Below are positions 13,021 through 23,876 of a DNA stretch of 64,000 nucleotides, piece by piece. The translations under genes and the position numbers were made by a program. The stretch lies in contig OZ024742.1 of NCBI GenBank assembly GCA_964016885.1, positions 121,396,001 to 121,460,000 on the forward strand, written 5' to 3'. The first letter of the stretch is position 1. Every line of letters starts with the position of its first letter. The DNA comes from Eledone cirrhosa. Lineage: Eukaryota. Below the pieces are notes generated by a model that had not been told where the DNA came from, did no database searches, and was given only the letters and a program-made list of their open reading frames with translations.

Positions 13021-14177
13021 TAGATAGATAGATAGATAGAGAGTCGATCTATTTTTTGCTTGCTCCTGTATATTGTCGTGTAGATATGGTTCTTAGAAAG
13101 GTCTTCTCCACACACTGATTCTTCATTCGAGAGAAAATTCATACTCAAATATTCTGTATCATTTAATACTCTAGAAATGATGCAACTAACAAACGAATCT
13201 TTGAAAATGTTTTCATTTGTATGTGTTAGTGTAATTGTTGTTAACAACATAGTCATTGGTGGTATTTAAACCGCTATTGTTTGGCAATAAATATATTATT
13301 GTTTTCTTTTCATTTATCACGTTCAACATCAATATTTTGCTGTGCAATTGCACCACAATTTGTTCTGGCATGTTTTGTTTTTTCTTTGTTGGCTGCGTTT
13401 GTTTTGTTAATTATTAATTTCCTTTTTTGAAAGGCCTAGCTCGGAATTTTCGTAGCGTTTTTTTCTGTAAAGACAACACGAAGAAGGAATTAAATGTATG
13501 TAAAAAAATAAAACAAAAACAAAAACAAGCCTTTCTTTTTATCTAACTCTGTATGGGTAGATTTACCACATCTATTCAACTCTTTATGTGTGCGAGGAAA
13601 TTCAATAAAACTATATTTCAGGTAGTAACATTTTTCATATTAAGGAAGTATTTGAAAAGACGTCTGGTTATGTCAACAGCGAATAGTAATCTAAACTATA
13701 ATAAAGTAAGGAGTGCGGGACAGCGTACGGTTTATTTCTTTTAATCCAGTTAGTAAAATAAGTTGGATTACTTTGAATAAATAATGAATAAATATTACAT
13801 AATTTATCTACTAAATTTCGTAGCTGTTGATTAAATATATTTTATTGCTTATTTAAAGATTCATTTCTATAACATTTTTAAATGTCAACACTTCCGGTTA
13901 GCAATCGCTTAAATAAACATTCATATATTTCCGTCACTAATTTTCTCCTAATGCAGTTTATATATAATATTGTCTTTTTTTAATGTATCATGGATTGCGT
14001 TACTGATTACACAAGACAGTGTAACGCAGTCTTCGTTCAATTTCTGTGTATATTGTCAATTACGATTTTATTTGATGTATCATAACTACATGCATATATA
14101 CTTGCGTATAATATCAATATACACATTACACATGCTAGCAGAAAAGCACCTGAGGGGTGGTTTTTCTGCTAGAAAGA

Positions 14178-14391
14178 ATAATGATTTCTAGTATAGGCAC
14201 AAGGCCAGTAATTTGGGGGAGGAGAAAGTCGATTAAATAGACCCCAGTACGTTACTGGTCCTTTATTTTATCGACCCCGTAAGGTGAAAGGCAAAGTTAA
14301 CCTCGGTGGGATTTGAACTCAGATCATAAATGGCCGTAACTCTATGCTGAAAAGCATAGCATACGATCCTCTACCGATACTGCCAATCCAC
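14178..14391 (-). mobile_element. SINE family 1, full-length, abutting the (AAT)n tract
   Basis: Tail (minus) ggccttgtgcctatactagaaatcattatt; head gtggattggcagtatcgg directly adjoins (TTA)n. Confidence 0.9.

Positions 14392-14447
<56 letters not shown>
14392..14447. repeat. (AAT)n tract at the 3' junction of Tx1-A
   Basis: Directly visible. Confidence 0.97.
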
Positions 14448-14448
<1 letters not shown>

Positions 14449-14690
14449 TTTTCTTTATTAACCACAAGGGTTCACATAAAGTAGACATTAAGGACAGTAC
14501 AGGACAATACAGGACGGTACAAATGGGCATTTCTGCGTGTAAAAAAACAGAGGTTGAAATAAAATAACAAAGAAAAATTCCCCAATAGGGGGGAGACTTC
14601 CAAGGGACATTTGTGGAGAAAGCCCATTAAAAGACCACAGTGGCCCTGACCACCAGGGCAAGTGCCCTCTCCCAGTTTTCCACCTTTAAT

Positions 14691-17600
14691 TTACAGACAC
14701 ATACTCAGAGAAGGCCCATTCATTCGGGCCATACTTGCTTCTCTCACCCATCTTTCAACAAAATGCTGGGAAGAGAGCACTTCCCTCTCTACCCTGATTT
14801 TCCTTTTCAAATGAAATTTGAAAAAGTTAATCAGGGCATCACCGAAGAGGTAAGTGCTCGTCTTCAGCCCTTTCAAACGTGTCCACCATACTATCTCTTT
14901 CGCCATGGCCACCAGACAGATAAAAACTGCCTGCCCTTCCAGGCTAAAGGAAGGGGGCGGGGCAATCCTCACGATGGACTCAGCTGATAGCTGGATAGGT
15001 CCTACACGTGACAGCAGGTGTTCGACATAAACCCACAAGTCAGCAATGCTCGGACACTGGACGAGTGCGTGCAGGACGGTTTCGTCGCCCTGCGCGCATC
15101 TCGTACATGCTCGGCTGACGGCACCTCCATGCCTGTAGAGTTTATCCCGAACTGGCAAAGCTCCTCGGTAGCACTGCCAGGCCAGGGATTTCTGGAAGTT
15201 GTCCATAGGCCCCGGCCCGAAAGTCCTTCCGAAGAGATTGGCTAGTTGATTTTCGTCGACGCCTAGAGTTTCTCCAAGTACGTCGTCGCTCTTCCCCTCC
15301 ACTAATCCCCTATAGAACGCCAAGGTGGAGTTTCCACCGATCACATTGCCCGATTGGTCGAGGGCTGTGAGCGCCTGAAGACATTCCAGTCTCCAAGCGC
15401 TCCCTCTCGGTCTTCGCTTGACCCAGGACTGCAGCTCCGTCAAGGAGACGAGCTGGGGAAAAACGTGTCTTGCAAACGGCGACCACACCTGATCACCGTC
15501 GAGGAAGAGGTGGAGATGTCGTAGCCTGAGCGCGTGTCTGCACATCATCAGCCACGGCATGCCCAGCCCTCCACGTAGCGGGTGTTGACAGCAGATGGAC
15601 CACCTGACCATCGGAGCGCGTCCCTTCCACAAGAAGCGAAAGAGCAAACGCTCCAGCGCAGTCAGGCGGGGCTTAGGACAAGGTACGACGGTCAGGCGGT
15701 AGTAGATGACGGATGCGATGTACGCATTCGCCACCTCCGCTCGACCTTTCAGGGATAGCTTCCTCTCGGCCCATTTCTGGGTGAGAGAAGCCACCCTGCT
15801 CGTCACCTCGTCCCAGTTTTTGTCCGTCTGGAGGTCTGGACCGAACCAGACCCCTAGCAATTTAACCGGTCCGTCCGTCCAGCGCCCGACTACGCTGTTG
15901 GACGGCATGGACCTGCCTCTCCAGGTGCCGAGCTGCAGGCCCACTGACTTTTCCTGGTTGATCATTGCTCCTGTCACCGCTTCGTATTCTCTTAGTGTAG
16001 TGCCGATCGCCTCGATGTGTTTGGCGTTCGACACCACTACGGTGACATCGTCGGCATATGCTGACACGGATCTTCCGCATCCTAGTTCGCGCGGGACCCC
16101 CCTCAACGTCTCCAGTTTGTGCAGTAATGGCTCGAGAGTCAATACGTACAATAGGGACGAGAGGGGACATCCTTGGCGGACCGAGCGCATGATGTTGAAC
16201 GGTTCCGAAAGGTGACCGTTCACTCTCACTACAGAGCAGATGTCGCTGTGCATGGCAGCGATCCAGCCTCTGAAGACGGGCCCAAAGCCAGCCGCCCTCA
16301 GGACTGCCGTTAGGTAACGATGGTCGACCCTATCGAAGGCTTTCGACTGATCTAAATTGATCAAAGACCCACCCGTGCCAGGTTCCCTAGCTACCCTCTC
16401 TACGATGTATCGCATGAGGTGGAGGTTGTCGTGGATGGATCTGTCGGGAATGGCGCATGTCTGTGCCTCTCCCACCAGACCACCAACGACAAGCGCCAAC
16501 CTCTTTGCTAGCACCTTGGCCAAAATCTTGAACTCTGTGTTTAGCAGAGTTATGGGCCTAAAATTATCTATGTTATCCCCCTTGTTCGGATCCTTTCTCA
16601 GCAGCGCCACCGCTCCTCGGCTCACAGAGCTGGGAATTCTCCCGTTCTGTTGCCAGTTGCAGTAGACGTCCGCCAAGAGGCCTCCGAACAAGTTTGGCAT
16701 TTGTACGTAAAGTTCATAGGGCAGACCATCCAAACCAGGCGATTTACCCCTTGTGCAACTAGTCATTGCATCCCGTACTTCAGCGGTTGTTATCGGCTTT
16801 TCGCAACACTCCGCCTCAGTGGCCGAAAGCCGCGGCAGTCCGTCGAGGTAGACACTAAAGTCCATCCCTCGATCCGGCCCGCCACTGCCCCCGAACAGTT
16901 GAGCGAAGTGTCGCTGAAAAGCTTCACACATTTGCCCGGGATCGAGTAGCATGCGCCCGTCGTGGTCCACCAAAGACCGGATCGTGGCTTTGTTGCCACG
17001 ACGCGCCTTCGCCACTCGCGCCCATTGAACGGCTTTCGTCCCCTCGTGTCTAAGAGCACGCACCCTAGCTCTGACAACGCAGCCTTCGTGCTTTGCATTG
17101 AAGAATTGGTCAAGGGCCAATTTCGCCGCAAGCACGTCGGTCGCGATGCCTTTGCTAAGCGCCTCATCTAATTTTCTAACTAATTCTCCCTCTGCTCTAT
17201 TTTTCTCTATTGCTAAAGTCTTACTAAACCTAATGGACTCTATTCTAATTGCTCTTTTCAGAGCAAACCACCACTTGTTGTTGACGATGGCCCCCGTCAA
17301 CGCCCGCTTAACTAGTTCGCTAATCCGGTCTCTGTAGGCCTTGCGCGCTGGTAAAGACGCGTTTAACTTCCAGTAGCCGGGTCCTCGTCTATGAAGCCTA
17401 TCTAAGTCAAGCACACAGATCACGAATTTGTGGTCCGTGTAGCTGACTATCTTGAATTGTGGACAGCCTATGCTAGACCTATCTATTTCCCTACAAAATA
17501 CTCTATCTAGATATGATCTGGATGACCCTATGCGATTTGTCCAAGTCCACATTGGTACATTCGGGAAATCCATTCGGTACCTGTCAGACAGTTCAAAACG

Positions 17601-18109
17601 TCTGAGCAGGTTGGTGAGACTCTTGCACCCTCCTTCCCTATCCACTAATCCCACACAATCCCAGCGTGCATCTAAGATCCCGTTCCAGTCGCCCACTAAC
17701 ACTAAAGAGCGGGACGTTCCAAGAAAGGTCTCCAGACGCCGGAAGAAATCAGGCCGCCCTGCTCCTGTCGGGGCATAGACGGCCACTAACCTGAAAGCTT
17801 GCCCGTCTCCGCTGGTCACGTCCAGCACCACCAACTTACCTTCTGGGTCCAGGAAGATGGCCCGTATGGCAAGATCCAAACCTCTCCGAAAAAGCACAGC
17901 AACTCCTCCCCCCGATCCCGGACGGCTGGGAGATGCGTACACATCGTAGCCGCCGAAGATCGGTGCGAAACCTGTGCTTCGGAGATTCTGGTCTCGCTGA
18001 TGGCCACTACATCTATGTTTAGTGACCTGAGGTCGTTGAGCAGGTGGCCCTGCTTCCATGACGACCCCAAGCCACGCGCATTTATGCTGCCTATTCTGAG
18101 TGAGGTCAT
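14691..18109 (-). pseudogene. Tx1-A ORF2 (APE-RT-CCHC), one-base frameshift near 17972
   Basis: The true start MTSLRIGSINARG (18109) is out of frame with the remainder; A has gcgaa-acct-gtgct where B has gcgaa-ggccc-gtgct. The rest is open: GDWNG, TDHK, DQSKAFD, VRQGCPLS, YADD, CxxC..H..C. Could be an assembly error. Confidence 0.88.
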
Positions 18110-18143
18110 GTTGAAAAGGAGTGGAAAAGATGGGAAAGACCAC

Positions 18144-20129
18144 TTACCTTACTTCTCGTAGGGGAAGGACGGCTTTTCCATCCTTTTCACTTGTGGCCTC
18201 CTCAGGAAGGATGTCCTTATAAATCCTCCTGGAGAGTGCTTGTCGGAAGTCTCCGATGTCTTTGGGGAATTTTTGTTTTAGTGTCATGTACGTTTTCTGT
18301 GTGATGCGAGTGATTTGTATGTGTGGAGGTGGTGTGAATTTTAGGGTTGTTGTGTAGTCTTTTTCTGTGATGCTGGTGTTGTGTTGGATGTAGTGTAATA
18401 ATTGCTTGTTGTTCAAATTTAATGCTGTGTAGTGTGTATCGTTTTGGTTGTTTTGTTTTGTTTGCGTTTGTTGTGGGTTTGTTTCTGTTTCGCTTTTTGG
18501 TGACTTTTGTGGTGTAGGTGATAGTGGTGCTGGGGATGATGATGGTGATGGTGTTGGTGTTTGGGTTGATGGGGTTGGTGATGCTGGTGTGGATGGTGGC
18601 ATATCTGTCCTAACTTTTTTGTTTCTTAGTTTATTTGTTTCCCTCTGTATTTTGTTTTTGGAGGGGGAAGGAAGAGAATTTTTTCTCTTTTGGTTTCTTT
18701 TTTTTTTTCCGGATATCGTTTCCCACTCCTCGTCGTCACAATCTGTCTCCAGTTGTGATAGGCCGGGGAGTGGAAAATCCTCCACAGCCGTTAGTTTTGG
18801 TTGTGGTGTGGTGGATGGTGTAGGCGCTGGTGCTAGTTCTGAAGCGTTGGGTGGTGGTGGTGTTGGTTTTGCTGGTGGTGGTAGTGGTGTTGGTTTTGCT
18901 ACTGTTGCTGGGGTTGTTGCTGTTATAGTTGCTTCTGTTGTTGCTGCTACAGTTGTTGCTGCCATCTCTGCTACTGGTGGTGTTGATGGTTTTGTCACTG
19001 GGGTGGGTAGGAGAGGTGGCCTCAACCTTTTAGCCTGAGGGCAGAAAGCCCTTAGGTGGGTTCCTTCACCACAAACGACACACCTAGGTCTTCTGCCCTC
19101 GACAATTACCGTGAGGTGGCTGCCGTCAGTGAGGTCTATTACCTCTGGGATCTCCTCAATGCTTTTTTGGTCCGCTTGGATCAGGAGCTCCATCCCAGAT
19201 CCGGACCAGTTTTCCTGCTTTTCTTTTGCTACTGCTATTATTTTCGTGTTGGCTTCGATGCCGGTGAGGACAGCCGCTATTAGCCAGGGAATTTCGATGG
19301 CCGGTGGAACGTGGGTGACCCTGATCTTTACGAGTCTCTGGCCACAATAGCTTGGGACGAGTGTGAGGTCGTCACTTTTTAATGGGTCCATGGAGTGTTC
19401 TCTAGCCTCCTCTGGTGTTTCAAAGAACACATCCACGGTTCCATACTTTTGCCCACGTCTGATGTGGGTTTTTCTTGCCCACACATGTCCCAAAGCTTTT
19501 TGGATTTGGGACTCGGATGCCCGTTCCACTCGGCGCGATTTTACATTTATTGTTCTATACGACACGGTGCACAGGCGCCGATGCTCCATTTTATTAGGTG
19601 GGGGGGGGGGGGGGGGGCTGACCCTGTACCCATCTTTCTTTACCATTTGTTTGGCATTTTCTAAATCTTCTTGGGTTACCGTGAACGCTTCGAATTGTTT
19701 TGCTACGATGGCGAAACTGAGGGTCGGTTTTATAATGTCATTGTTGTTGTTGTTGCTATCGTTAATATTAATTTTATTTTCAGTTGTGGTGGTTGTGACG
19801 TCAGTCGTCTTTGGTGGGGAAGAGTCCATTTTGCTTGATTTCATTTCGACGTCACGAGTTAATTTATTTTTTTCTTCTTTTGTTTCTGTTGTCGCGGTGG
19901 TGGTGGTGGTGGCTGTCGCGGTGGTGGTGGTGGTGGAGGGTTTAACACCTGCAGTCATTGGTAATGGCGGGAAATGAATGTCTGCCTGAGACAAATTTAA
20001 AATATTGCTACTGCTTATATTTTTTTTTGTGTTGGCAAACGTAGTAACATTTACAATGGTGGTGTCGGTGTGAGGTGTTATTTTGTGAGGAAGGCTTTCA
20101 GCTGCTTCGTGCAGAGGGGAATTAGCCAT
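18144..20129 (-). CDS. Tx1-A ORF1 nucleic-acid-binding protein, 661 aa
   Basis: Open frame directly upstream of ORF2; zinc knuckle CVVCGEGTHLRAFC, RRM-like core, Thr/Pro-rich disordered regions, basic WETISGKKKR motif. Confidence 0.88.
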   Translation of the reverse strand: MANSPLHEAAESLPHKITPHTDTTIVNVTTFANTKKNISSSNILNLSQADIHFPPLPMTAGVKPSTTTTTATATTTTTATTETKEEKNKLTRDVEMKSSKMDSSPPKTTDVTTTTTENKININDSNNNNNDIIKPTLSFAIVAKQFEAFTVTQEDLENAKQMVKKDGYRVSPPPPPPPNKMEHRRLCTVSYRTINVKSRRVERASESQIQKALGHVWARKTHIRRGQKYGTVDVFFETPEEAREHSMDPLKSDDLTLVPSYCGQRLVKIRVTHVPPAIEIPWLIAAVLTGIEANTKIIAVAKEKQENWSGSGMELLIQADQKSIEEIPEVIDLTDGSHLTVIVEGRRPRCVVCGEGTHLRAFCPQAKRLRPPLLPTPVTKPSTPPVAEMAATTVAATTEATITATTPATVAKPTPLPPPAKPTPPPPNASELAPAPTPSTTPQPKLTAVEDFPLPGLSQLETDCDDEEWETISGKKKRNQKRKNSLPSPSKNKIQRETNKLRNKKVRTDMPPSTPASPTPSTQTPTPSPSSSPAPLSPTPQKSPKSETETNPQQTQTKQNNQNDTHYTALNLNNKQLLHYIQHNTSITEKDYTTTLKFTPPPHIQITRITQKTYMTLKQKFPKDIGDFRQALSRRIYKDILPEEATSEKDGKAVLPLREVR

Positions 20130-20421
20130 TTTTTTTCAAAGAAATTTTTGGATAATAATGATTTCTTTATTAACCACAAGGGTTTACATAAAGTAGACAT
20201 TAAGGACAGTGCAGGACAATGCAGGACGGTACAAATGGGCATTTCTGCGTGTAAAAAAACAAAAACAGAGGATGTAACAAAAATAACAATGAAAATAACA
20301 ATGAAAAATTCCCCAATAGGGGGGAGACTTCGGAGGGACATTTGTGGAGAAAGCCCAGTAAAAAGCCACAATGACCCTGACCACCAAGGCAAGTGCCCTC
20401 TCCCAGTTTTCCACCTTTAGT

Positions 20422-23400
20422 TTACAGATATATACTCAGAGTCGGCCCATTCACTCGGGCCATTCTTGCTTCTCTCACCCATCTTTCAACAAAATGCTGG
20501 GAAGAGAGCACTTCCTTCTCTACTCTGATTTTCCTTTTCAAATGAAATTTGAAAAAGTCAATCAGAGCATCACCGAAGAGGTAAGTGCTCGTCTTCAGCC
20601 CTTTCAAACGTGTCCACCATACTATCTCTTTCGCCATGGCCACCAGACAGATAAAAACTGCCTGCCCTTCCCGGCTAAAGGAGGAGGGCGGGGCAATCCT
20701 CACGATAGACTCAGATGATAGCTGGATCCGTCCTAAACGCGACAGCAGGTGTTCGACATAAACCCACAAGTCAGCAATTTTCGGACACTGGACGAGTGCG
20801 TGCAGGACGGTTTCGTCGCCCTGCGCGCATCTCGGACATGCCCGGCTGACGGCACCTCCATGCCTGTAGAGTTTATCCCGAACTGGCAAGGCTCCTCGGT
20901 AGCACTGCCAGGCCAGAGATTTCTGGAAGTTGTCCATAGGCCCTGGCCCGAAAGTTCTTCCGAAGAGATTGGCTAGTTGATTTTCGTCGACGCCTAGAGT
21001 TTCCCCAAGTACGTCGTCGCTCTTCCCCTCCACTAATCCTCTATAGAACGCCGAGGTGGAGTTTCCACCGATCACATTGCCCGATTGGTCGAGGGCTGTG
21101 AGCGCCTGAAGACATTCCAGTCTCCAGGCGCTCCCTCTCGGTCTTCGCTTGACCCAGGACTGCAGCTCCGTCAAGGAAACGAGCTGGGGAAAAACGCGTC
21201 TAGCAAACGGCGACCACACCTGATTACCGTCGAGGAAGAGGTGGAGATGTCGTAGCCTGAGCGCGTGCCTGCGCATCATCAGCCACGGCATGCCCAGCCC
21301 TCCACGTAGCGGGTGTTGACAACAGATGGACCGCCTGACCATCGGAGCGCGTCCCTTCCACAAAAAGCGAAAGAGCAAACGCTCCAGCACAGTCAGGCGA
21401 GGCTTAGGACAAGGTACGACGGTCAGGCGGTAGCAGATGACGGACGCGATGTACGCGTTAGCCACCTCCGCTCGACCTTTCAGGGATAGCTTCCTCTCCG
21501 CCCATTTCTGGGTGAGAGAAGCCACCCTGCTCGTCACCTCGTCCCAGTTTTTGTCCGTCTGGAGGTCCGGACCGAACCAGACCCCTAGCAATTTAACCGG
21601 TCCGTCCGTCCAGCGTCCGACGACGCTGTTGGACGGCATGGACCTGCCTCTCCAGGTGCCGAGCTGCAGGCCCACTGACTTTTCCTGGTTGATCATTGCT
21701 CCTGTCACCGCTTCGTATTCTCTTAGTGTAGTGCCGATCGCCTCGATGTGTTTGGCGTTCGACACCACTACGGTGACATCGTCCGCATATGCTGATACTG
21801 ATCTTCCGCATCCTAGTTCGCGCGGGACCCCCCTCAACGTCTCCAGTTTGTGCAGTAATGGCTCGAGAGTCAATACGTACAAGAGGGACGAGAGGGGACA
21901 TCCTTGGCGGACCGAGCGCATGATGTTGAACGGTTCCGACAGGTGACCGTTCACTCTCACCACAGAGCAGATGTCGCTGTGCATGGCAGCGATCCAGCCT
22001 CTGAAGACGGGCCCAAAGCCAGCCGCCCTCAGGACTGCCGCTAGGTAACGATGGTCGACCCTATCGAAAGCTTTCGACTGATCTAAATTGATCAAGGACC
22101 CACCCGTGCCAGGTTCCCTAGCTACCCTCTCTACGATGTATCGCATGAGGTGGAGGTTGTCGTGGATGGATCTGTCGGGAATGGCGCATGTCTGCGCCGC
22201 TCCCACCAGACCACCAACGACAAGCGCCAACCTCTTTGCTAGCACCTTGGCCAAAATCTTAAACTCTGTGTTTAGCAGAGTTATGGGCCGGAAATTTTCT
22301 ATGTTATCCCCCTTGTTCGGATCCTTTCTCAGCAGTGCCACCGCTCCTCGGCTCACAGAACTGGGAATTCTCCCGTTCTGTTGCCAGTTGCAGTAGACGT
22401 CCGCCAAGAGGCCTCCGAACAAGTCTGGCATCTGTACGTAAAGTTCATAGGGCAGACCATCCAAACCAGGCGATTTACCCCTTGTGCAGCCAGTCATTGC
22501 CTCCCTTACTTCAGCGGCTGTTATCGGCTTTTCGCAACACTTCGCCTCAGTGGCCGAGAGCCGCGGCAGTCCGTCGAGGTAGACACTAAAGTCCATCCCT
22601 CTACCCGGCCCACCGCTGCCCCCGAACAGCTGAGCGAAGTGTCGCTGAAAAGCTTCACACATTTGCCCGGGATCGAGTAGCATGCGCCCGTCGTGGTCCA
22701 CCAAAGACCGGATCGTGGCTTTGTTGCCACGACGTGCCTCCGCCACTCGGGCCCATTGAACGGCTTTCGTCCCCTCGTGTCTGAGAGCACGCACCCTTGC
22801 TCTGACAACGCAGCCTTCGTGCTTTGCATTGAAGAATTGGTCAAGGGCCAATTTCGCCGCAAGCACGTCGGTCGCAATGCCTTTGGTAAGCGCCTCGTCT
22901 AATTTTCTAACTAGTTCTCCCTCTGCTCTATTTTTCTCTATTGCTAAAGCCTTACTAAATCTAATCGATTCTATTCTAATCGCTCTTTTCAGAGCAAACC
23001 ACCACTTGTTGTTGACGATGGCCCCCGTCAACGCCCGCTTAACTAGTTCGCTAATCCGGTCTCTGTAGGCCTTGCGCGCTGGTAAGGACGCGTTTAGCTT
23101 CCAGTAGCCGGGTCCTCGTCTATGAAGCCTATCTAAGTTAAGCACACAGATCACGAATTTGTGGTCCGTGTAGCTGACTATCTTGAATTGTGGACAGCCT
23201 ATGCTAGACCTATCTATTTCCCTACAAAATACTCTATCTAGATATGATCTGGATGACCCTATGCGGTTTGTCCAAGTCCACATTGGCACATTCGGGAAAT
23301 CCAATCGGTACCTGTCAGACAGTTCAAAACGCCTGAGCAGGTTGGTGAGGCTCTTGCACCCTCCACCCCTATCCGCTAATCCCACACAGTCCCAGCGTGC

Positions 23401-23841
23401 ATCTAAGATCCCGTTCCAGTCGCCCACTAACACTAAAGAGCGCGACGTTCCAAGAAAGGTCTCCAGACGCCGGAAGAAATCAGGCCGCCCTGCTCCTGTC
23501 GGGGCATAGACGGCCACTAGCCTGAAAGCTTGCCCGTCTCCGCTGGTCACGTCCAGCACCACCAGCTTACCCTCTGGGTCCAGGAAGATGGCCCGTATGG
23601 CGAGATCCAAACCTCTCCGAAAAAGTACAGCAACTCCTCCACCGGATCCAGGACGGCTGGGAGATGCGTACACATCGTAGCCGCCGAAGATCGGTGCGAA
23701 GGCCCGTGCTTCGGAGATTCTGGTCTCGCTGATGGCCACTACATCTATGTTTAGTGACCTGAGGTCGTTGAGCAGGTGACCCTGCTTCCATGACGACCCC
23801 AAGCCACGCGCATTTATGCTGCCTATTCTGAGTGAGGTCAT
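20422..23841 (-). CDS. Tx1-B ORF2, intact APE endonuclease-reverse transcriptase, 1139 aa
   Basis: APE motifs (GSINARG, ISET, YAP, GDWNG, DRVF, TDHK), RT motifs (DQSKAFDRVDH, VRQGCPLS, YADD), C-terminal CPRCAQGDETVLHALVQC. Confidence 0.96.
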   Translation of the reverse strand: MTSLRIGSINARGLGSSWKQGHLLNDLRSLNIDVVAISETRISEARAFAPIFGGYDVYASPSRPGSGGGVAVLFRRGLDLAIRAIFLDPEGKLVVLDVTSGDGQAFRLVAVYAPTGAGRPDFFRRLETFLGTSRSLVLVGDWNGILDARWDCVGLADRGGGCKSLTNLLRRFELSDRYRLDFPNVPMWTWTNRIGSSRSYLDRVFCREIDRSSIGCPQFKIVSYTDHKFVICVLNLDRLHRRGPGYWKLNASLPARKAYRDRISELVKRALTGAIVNNKWWFALKRAIRIESIRFSKALAIEKNRAEGELVRKLDEALTKGIATDVLAAKLALDQFFNAKHEGCVVRARVRALRHEGTKAVQWARVAEARRGNKATIRSLVDHDGRMLLDPGQMCEAFQRHFAQLFGGSGGPGRGMDFSVYLDGLPRLSATEAKCCEKPITAAEVREAMTGCTRGKSPGLDGLPYELYVQMPDLFGGLLADVYCNWQQNGRIPSSVSRGAVALLRKDPNKGDNIENFRPITLLNTEFKILAKVLAKRLALVVGGLVGAAQTCAIPDRSIHDNLHLMRYIVERVAREPGTGGSLINLDQSKAFDRVDHRYLAAVLRAAGFGPVFRGWIAAMHSDICSVVRVNGHLSEPFNIMRSVRQGCPLSSLLYVLTLEPLLHKLETLRGVPRELGCGRSVSAYADDVTVVVSNAKHIEAIGTTLREYEAVTGAMINQEKSVGLQLGTWRGRSMPSNSVVGRWTDGPVKLLGVWFGPDLQTDKNWDEVTSRVASLTQKWAERKLSLKGRAEVANAYIASVICYRLTVVPCPKPRLTVLERLLFRFLWKGRAPMVRRSICCQHPLRGGLGMPWLMMRRHALRLRHLHLFLDGNQVWSPFARRVFPQLVSLTELQSWVKRRPRGSAWRLECLQALTALDQSGNVIGGNSTSAFYRGLVEGKSDDVLGETLGVDENQLANLFGRTFGPGPMDNFQKSLAWQCYRGALPVRDKLYRHGGAVSRACPRCAQGDETVLHALVQCPKIADLWVYVEHLLSRLGRIQLSSESIVRIAPPSSFSREGQAVFICLVAMAKEIVWWTRLKGLKTSTYLFGDALIDFFKFHLKRKIRVEKEVLSSQHFVERWVREARMARVNGPTLSIYL

Positions 23842-23876
23842 GTTTAAAATAGAGTGGAAAAGATGGGAAAGACCAC

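Larger units (their letters stand above)
14448..20151 (-). mobile_element. Tx1-group (L1 clade) non-LTR retrotransposon, copy A
   Basis: ORF1 + ORF2 + about 240-nt 3' UTR with AATAAA ending ccttgtggttaataaagaaaac(att)n; 5' end truncated about 20 nt upstream of the ORF1 ATG. Confidence 0.93.

Noticed and set aside
13030-13440. Hydrophobic reading frame suggesting a receptor exon
   Set aside because: Multiple stops, no family motif, explained by T-richness.
14691-18143. 1150-aa ORF as an intact ORF2, in frame with ORF1 across a single TAA (read-through fusion)
   Set aside because: Its first ~57 residues are an off-frame translation caused by the 1-bp deletion at about 17972. The real APE N-terminus is in another frame, and intact copy B lacks this arrangement.
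15018-23754. Antisense ORFs repeated in both Tx1 copies (also in Dong and hAT copies)
   Set aside because: Shadow frames of GC-rich coding sequence; their recurrence reflects copy identity, not selection.
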